A stretch of 64,000 nucleotides of DNA from Alphaproteobacteria bacterium (lineage in GTDB: Bacteria > Pseudomonadota > Alphaproteobacteria > UBA7887). Positions 58,466-64,000 of the stretch are shown here, piece by piece. The position numbers and the translations under genes are program-made. The notes under the pieces are model-generated. The model was not told where the DNA came from and did not search any database. It was given only the letters and a program-made list of their open reading frames with translations. How positions within the stretch are numbered: the first letter of the stretch is position 1; each line of letters opens with the position of its first letter. Location: NCBI GenBank assembly GCA_965216755.1, contig CBDCGL010000011.1:640001-704000 (forward strand), written 5' to 3'.

Positions 58466-60664
58466 GTGCCAAAGGTAAGGAATCTGACGGTTGACACAAT
58501 CTGGCAGGAAATCCAGTCGACGCCGGCAGACTGGCGCAAAGAGAAACCCGGAAGCCTGCTTCAAATCCTGAACCACCTCCATTTGATCCGTGCGTTTGAA
58601 GAAACGGTCCTGGAGCTGGCTGGCGAACAACTGGTTCATGGGCCCGCGCATTCGTCGATTGGCCAAGAGGGTGCGGCGGTGGGCTGCATGGCAGCGCTGC
58701 ACCCCGGTGACCAGATCAATGCCACGCATCGGGCCCATCACCAGTTTCTCGCAAAGGTGCTGAAGTTTGTCGAGCCGCGTGCCTTTGAGCCACTGCGTGA
58801 TGAGATCGCGCCGGAACTACAGCACACGCTTCAGCGTACATTGGCCGAGATTATGGGCTTGGCCCAGGGCTACTGCGCCGGTCGTGGCGGATCGATGCAT
58901 TTGAGGTCGAAGGAGGCGGGCATTCTCGGCACGAACGCAATAGTCGGTGGCGGCGTGCCGTTGGCTGCGGGGGTCGCGTGGTCGCGCAAACGCGCTGGTG
59001 AAGGCGAAATCGTCGCGACATTCTTCGGCGACGGTGCGTTGCACCAGGGCGCCGTCGCTGAATCGATGAACATGGCCGCCCTGTACGACTTGCCGATTTT
59101 GTTCTTCATCGACAACAACCAATATGCCGTATCGACGACCATCGCGGAATCGACCCGCGAAACGCGCCTCACATCCCGCGGACTTGCCTACGGGATCCCC
59201 TCGTTTACCGTCGATGGCATGGATCCGCTGGCGGTGAAGATCGCCAGCGAGCGCGCGGCGACTATGCTGCGTGATGGCCAGGGCCCTGTCATCGTCGAAG
59301 CCAACAGCTACCGTTATTTCCATCAGAACGGGCCAATTGCGGGCAGTGCCTTCGGCTATCGCACCAAGGAAGAAGAGGAAGAATGGCGGTCGCGGGATTC
59401 GCTTACGCGGGTTGCTAAGGAAATGATTGACCTTGGCCACCTGGACCAGAAGCAAGTCGATCGTCTGCGTAACGGCGCCAAGGATGCCATGTCGCGCGCC
59501 GCCGAGGCGCTGACCGAACCCGAGGGCAACGCCCGCCGGATCCGTCCATCATTGTGGCCGGACCCGGCGACCGTGGATTACGGTGTACGTGGCGATCTGT
59601 CGGAATTTGCCGGCGCCCGCTTCGAAGAACAAGAAGATCACGGCGGCGAAATCGAAGATCGCAAATTCATCGACCTGGTCGCCGCCGTGATGGTGCGGCG
59701 CATGACAGAAGACGAGCGTATCGTCGTCATGGGCGAAGACGTGCACAAGTTGCGCGGCGGTACCAATGGTGCGACGAAAGGCATTGCGGAAAAGTTTCCC
59801 GGTCGCATCGTTGGCACACCAATATGCGAAAACGGTTTCACCGGCATTGGCGGCGGGATCGCGCTGGACGGCAAATATCGGCCTGTGGTCGAACTTATGT
59901 ATGCGGATTTCGTCTACGTTGCCGCTGACCAAACGTTCAATCAAATCGGCAAGGCGCGCCACATGTTCGGCGGTGACCTCGATGTGCCGCTCGTCATGCG
60001 GATGAAATGCGCGGCCAAGTCGGGATACGGTTCCCAACATTCCATGGACCCGAGCGGATTGTTTACCATGTTTCCCGGCTGGCGAATTGTCGCGCCCAGC
60101 ACGCCCTATGATTATGTCGGGTTGATGAACAGCGCCTTGCTCTGCGAGGATCCGGTTCTGGTGGTCGAGCATTTGGAACTCTATCAATCGCGCGGACCGG
60201 CGCCGACAAGAGATCTCGACTATTATATCCCGCTCGGCAAAGCCAAAGTCGTCAGGCCGGGCAATGCGTTCACGGTGGTGACGTCGTTAGCCATGGTGAA
60301 GCCATGCATTGATATCGCTGAGCGCATGGGCGTTTCAGCGGAAGTCATTGACCTTCGTTCGTTAGATCGTGCTGGCATCGATTGGGAGACCATCGGCGAG
60401 AGCGTACGCAAGACCAACAATTTGCTTGTCGTCGAGCAAAGCACCGAAGGCACGTCGTATGGCGGTTATTTGGCTGGCGAGGCACAAAGGCGCTTGTTCG
60501 ACTATTTGGATCAGCCCGTCAAGCGGGTCGTGGGCGGCGAAGGTGCGCCGGTGATCTCGCGCGTGCTGGATTTGGCCGCGCATGCAACGGAAGCCGATGT
60601 TGAAGCGGGTTACGCGGAGATGCTCGCTGACGTTGGGTCGGGCGTTGCACACGCTGCCGAGTAA
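58466..60664 (+). CDS. Fused alpha/beta E1 ThDP-dependent 2-oxoacid/acetoin dehydrogenase
   Basis: HSSIGQE, GRGGSMH, GDGA...NN, MGEDV, TPICE and SQHS motifs; SD AGGAGG before GTG 58466. Confidence 0.9.
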   Translation: MPKVRNLTVDTIWQEIQSTPADWRKEKPGSLLQILNHLHLIRAFEETVLELAGEQLVHGPAHSSIGQEGAAVGCMAALHPGDQINATHRAHHQFLAKVLKFVEPRAFEPLRDEIAPELQHTLQRTLAEIMGLAQGYCAGRGGSMHLRSKEAGILGTNAIVGGGVPLAAGVAWSRKRAGEGEIVATFFGDGALHQGAVAESMNMAALYDLPILFFIDNNQYAVSTTIAESTRETRLTSRGLAYGIPSFTVDGMDPLAVKIASERAATMLRDGQGPVIVEANSYRYFHQNGPIAGSAFGYRTKEEEEEWRSRDSLTRVAKEMIDLGHLDQKQVDRLRNGAKDAMSRAAEALTEPEGNARRIRPSLWPDPATVDYGVRGDLSEFAGARFEEQEDHGGEIEDRKFIDLVAAVMVRRMTEDERIVVMGEDVHKLRGGTNGATKGIAEKFPGRIVGTPICENGFTGIGGGIALDGKYRPVVELMYADFVYVAADQTFNQIGKARHMFGGDLDVPLVMRMKCAAKSGYGSQHSMDPSGLFTMFPGWRIVAPSTPYDYVGLMNSALLCEDPVLVVEHLELYQSRGPAPTRDLDYYIPLGKAKVVRPGNAFTVVTSLAMVKPCIDIAERMGVSAEVIDLRSLDRAGIDWETIGESVRKTNNLLVVEQSTEGTSYGGYLAGEAQRRLFDYLDQPVKRVVGGEGAPVISRVLDLAAHATEADVEAGYAEMLADVGSGVAHAAE

Positions 60665-60709
60665 GTCGCACCGAAGAGCTGCGGGCGCCGCACGGGTAGG
60701 ACGGTGCCG

Positions 60710-62842
60710 ATGACAGCGCTGCGAAATCTGGACGCGTTGCTCAAGCCCCGGGCGATCGCCATCGTGGGTGCGACGCCAGATGTCCGCCGGGTCGGCGGCC
60801 GACCCTTGTCATTCTTGCGCCGCTACGCGTTCCCGGGACGGATTTATCCGATCAATCCCAAATATGACAACATCGATGGCACGCCATGTTTTCCGTCGAT
60901 TGATGCATTAACCGACACACCCGACTTGGCCGTGATCGCAGTACCGGCGACCGGCGTTCTGGATGCCGTACGAGCGTGTCAGACGCGCGGCATCCCGGCC
61001 ATCAACATCTACACCAGCGGTTTTGGCGAAATCGGCGCCGAGGGCCAAGTCATGCAGGACGCACTGCGCGACATGGCCGAACGCCACGGCACCGTGATTT
61101 GCGGCCCTAATAGTCAAGGTGTGGCCAATTTTCTTGACAACATGTGCGCCAACTTCTCGTCAACGCTGGGCCGCGACAAGGTGGCTCCAGGACCGGTGGC
61201 ATTCGCCGGGCAGAGTGGACTTTTTGCAGGTGTGCTTGCCGCAGAGTGCTATAGCCGTGGCCTTGGCATTGGCTATTTGATTAGCACCGGCAATGAAGTT
61301 GCCGCCGATATTTCCGATTTCATTGCCTATATGGCCGCGGATCCACGCATTCGTGTCGTCGCCGGCTATTTGGAAGGCGTACGGGACGGCGGCAAGCTAC
61401 TTGCCGCCGCACGCGCCGCACGCGCGCATGGCAAGCCAGTGGTGATCTTGAAGGTTGGGCGCAGCGCCGATAGCGCGGCCGCGGCCGCGTCGCATACCGG
61501 GTCCCTGGCCGGTTCGTACGAGATTTATCAAGCGGCATTTCGCCAGGCCGGAGTTATCGAAGTCGACGATATCGAAGCGTTCTATGACGCCATCGAGCTA
61601 TTCGCGACGGGCGCGACGGCGACCGCCGGCAACCGCATTGGCATCGTTACAAATTCTGGCGGCATTGGTGTGTTCGCCTCTGACAAAGTGCTCGAACTGG
61701 GTATGGCCATGGCCAAATTCGGTGATCCGACGACAGCCGCGATCTCCGAACGTTTGCCCGCCTTCGGTTCGCCGCGCAACCCGGTCGACTTCACGTTGCA
61801 GGCCTTCCATGACGCCGAGTCGGTCGGCAGCCATGTCCGCAATGTCAAGCTGGACGACAATGTTGATGCCGTCGCGGCGTTTTTTGGCGTCCAGATGCTA
61901 AATATTCCGGCTGTGGTCGATGCGATGTCGTCGGCCAACGCGGTCAATCAAAAACCCATGGTCGTTGGCTGGATGCATGGCGATCCGGACGGCCCCAAAG
62001 GCCTGCGTGCCGTCGGCATCCCGACATTCGCCGATCCGCTACGGGCCCTGAAGGCCTTGCGGACATTGGTTGATTTCGGCCGTGCGCCCGCTCCGGCAAC
62101 AACGCCGCAGATACGCGCGGGCAAACGGATCCGTTCTGCGGCGGACATGATCAGTGGTTGGGCCCGACAGGGCCGCCGGCAACTGGCCGAGAATGCCGGC
62201 AAGACTATTCTTGCCGCCGCTGGAGTTCCCGTGGCGCGTGCGGTCTTGGCCGCTGATGCCGAGGCAGCGGTGCGCGCCGCCGAAGATATTGGCTATCCCG
62301 TTGTTCTGAAGGTCGAGTCTGCTGATATCCCGCACAAGACGGAGGCCGGCGGTGTAAGGATTGGCATTGATGGGCCGGCTTCTGTGCGCACCGCGTTCAG
62401 TGGGATTATGGCTGCGGCGCGCGCATATGCGCCAACAGCCGTTCTCGACGGGGTCAGCGTGCACGAATTCATCGACGATGCCACGGAACTCATCGTTGGG
62501 ATCAAACGCGATCCTGTCTTCGGCCCGGTGATATTGCTTGGTGCGGGTGGCATTTTGGCTGAGATTCTCAAAGATACCGCGTTGCGAGTCTTGCCGTTGT
62601 CCGAGGGTGACGCCGAAGCGATGATCGGGTCGCTGAGCCTTTATCCGGTTTTGGCGGGCGCCCGAGGCAGGCCGCCACGGGATGTCGCGGCGGTAGCCGA
62701 AGTTGTGCAGACGGTCGCCGCTTTGGCACTGGTTTCCGAAAACTTGGCTGAGCTCGATATCAATCCACTTATGGTGCGCAAAGCTGGTGAAGGCGTGCGT
62801 GCGGCGGACGCACTGATAACGCTCGATAGTGTCGATTACTAG
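60710..62842 (+). CDS. Acetate/acyl-CoA ligase (ADP-forming) family, fused alpha-beta
   Basis: IAIVGA, GPNSQG, SHTGSLAG (phospho-His), NSGG, NPVD, HKTEAGGV and ELDINPL motifs. Confidence 0.9.
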   Translation: MTALRNLDALLKPRAIAIVGATPDVRRVGGRPLSFLRRYAFPGRIYPINPKYDNIDGTPCFPSIDALTDTPDLAVIAVPATGVLDAVRACQTRGIPAINIYTSGFGEIGAEGQVMQDALRDMAERHGTVICGPNSQGVANFLDNMCANFSSTLGRDKVAPGPVAFAGQSGLFAGVLAAECYSRGLGIGYLISTGNEVAADISDFIAYMAADPRIRVVAGYLEGVRDGGKLLAAARAARAHGKPVVILKVGRSADSAAAAASHTGSLAGSYEIYQAAFRQAGVIEVDDIEAFYDAIELFATGATATAGNRIGIVTNSGGIGVFASDKVLELGMAMAKFGDPTTAAISERLPAFGSPRNPVDFTLQAFHDAESVGSHVRNVKLDDNVDAVAAFFGVQMLNIPAVVDAMSSANAVNQKPMVVGWMHGDPDGPKGLRAVGIPTFADPLRALKALRTLVDFGRAPAPATTPQIRAGKRIRSAADMISGWARQGRRQLAENAGKTILAAAGVPVARAVLAADAEAAVRAAEDIGYPVVLKVESADIPHKTEAGGVRIGIDGPASVRTAFSGIMAAARAYAPTAVLDGVSVHEFIDDATELIVGIKRDPVFGPVILLGAGGILAEILKDTALRVLPLSEGDAEAMIGSLSLYPVLAGARGRPPRDVAAVAEVVQTVAALALVSENLAELDINPLMVRKAGEGVRAADALITLDSVDY

Positions 62843-62863
62843 AATGCACAGTGTGCGACAGCG

Positions 62864-64000
62864 TTATGCGGCGACCTCGGCGAGGGGACAGATCTCCGGG
62901 TTCCATGGGGAGTTGGCCAGCCAGCTAATAAGATCGTCGGAAGCCAGCGGACGACTGTACAAATAGCCCTGGCCCACATTGCACCCCATCTCGGCCAGTT
63001 CAACCGATATATCAGGGCTCTCGATACCTTCCGCCACGACTTTCAATTCGAGTCCGTGGGCCAAGCCAATCGTCGAGGCGACAATTTTGCGGCTCCGATC
63101 GTCGTCGAGCATGTCGACGACAAAGCTCTTGTCTATCTTTAGCTCATGGGCTTGCAAATCTTTTAGGTAAGCAAGAGAAGAAAACCCGGTTCCGAAATCG
63201 TCGATCGACAGCCGCAACCCCATCTCGGATAGTTGTCGTGTCACCTCTTTCGCCCGCTCCGGATCGGACATCAACACGGTTTCGGTGATTTCGATCACCA
63301 GACGTTTCGCGGGGACGGCCCACCGATTCAGTGTCCGTGCGACGCTGGTCAAGAACAGCGGATCCTGGAACGTTCGCGTGGACATATTGATGGACATATC
63401 CAGGTCGATGCCTTGCTGGCGCCATGCGGCCATCTGGCTGATCGTGGTCTCGAGCACCCAATCACTGAGCGGCACGATCAAGTCCGTCTGTTCAGCGAAA
63501 GGAACGAACTCGTCAGGCGAAATAGACCCATGGGTCGGATGGTTCCAACGGATAAGAGCCTCGACACCCGTGACCCGATGTCTGGCTAGATCGAGCTTGG
63601 GCTGGTAATGCATTTCCAGTTCCCCGTTCTCGATCGCGCCGCGCAAGGCACCTGTCAGGGTCAAGTGGCGGACGCTGTAGAAGTCCGCGTCAGCGTCGTA
63701 GACACAGTAGCCCGACACGGATTTCTTCGCGGCGTACATGGCCACGTCGGCACGTTGCACAAGTTCAGCTTTCGAGGTGGCGTGATCGGGAAACATGGCG
63801 ATGCCGATACTGGCACCGACTTCGAACTTCAAGTGATCGATGGCGAATTGTTCTTGTAAAGACTTGAGAATAACCTCTGCGAGGGCGACGACATCCGCAA
63901 GCTCTGTCGCTTCGGGCAAGAGAACGCCAAATTCGTCGCCGCCAAGCCGTGCAATCGTATCGTTGTCGCGAAGATGGCGGCGAAACCGCGCACCGACCTG
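62864..64000 (-). CDS. GGDEF-EAL protein (3' part; runs off right edge)
   Basis: RDND I-site with RLGGDEF, EAL, DDFGTG, ELKID and AEGIE motifs. Confidence 0.94.
   Translation of the reverse strand, partial: QVGARFRRHLRDNDTIARLGGDEFGVLLPEATELADVVALAEVILKSLQEQFAIDHLKFEVGASIGIAMFPDHATSKAELVQRADVAMYAAKKSVSGYCVYDADADFYSVRHLTLTGALRGAIENGELEMHYQPKLDLARHRVTGVEALIRWNHPTHGSISPDEFVPFAEQTDLIVPLSDWVLETTISQMAAWRQQGIDLDMSINMSTRTFQDPLFLTSVARTLNRWAVPAKRLVIEITETVLMSDPERAKEVTRQLSEMGLRLSIDDFGTGFSSLAYLKDLQAHELKIDKSFVVDMLDDDRSRKIVASTIGLAHGLELKVVAEGIESPDISVELAEMGCNVGQGYLYSRPLASDDLISWLANSPWNPEICPLAEVAA

Noticed and set aside
1-64000. CRISPR arrays, rRNA, transposases, prophage or known defence genes
   Set aside because: No regularly spaced repeats or diagnostic motifs found by eye; the only long direct repeats are the PAS units.

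Overview
GC-rich alphaproteobacterial (Rhodospirillales-like) chromosomal window. Left part: the conserved housekeeping block topA(partial)-dprA-plsY-pyrC'-pyrB-ruvX/gatCAB with two inserted genes, then an orphan TRAP solute receptor, tag, ygfZ, a GT4, an iron-box-controlled bfd and a DUF2868-GTPase(DUF3482)-DUF4126 membrane operon. Middle: a GntR-NHL-oxidoreductase unit and an exopolysaccharide cluster (WbaP-type priming GT, GT2, HepA/PglK-like ABC flippase, Uxs, Wzc, OM beta-barrel). About 10 kb of accessory genes (aminotransferase, SGNH hydrolase, pcaD, mini cytochrome c, a decayed hydrolase/LuxR pair, triple-PAS chemoreceptor) separate this cluster from tRNA-Pro(CGG) and further glycan genes (GME-like, WecB/TagA, GT9). 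Right: a DUF4173-CreB-CreC-like operon, a MarR unit, a J-domain/TM/SH3 protein, ibpA (sigma32 promoter and ROSE-like thermometer), a fused E1 dehydrogenase with an ADP-forming acyl-CoA ligase, and a partial GGDEF-EAL gene. No CRISPR array, rRNA, integrase or transposase was seen. The most notable non-coding signals are three palindromic MITE/REP-like elements, each overlapping or reshaping a gene end; one sits exactly between a Shine-Dalgarno sequence and its ATG. All family calls come from motif recognition by eye; no database searches were run.
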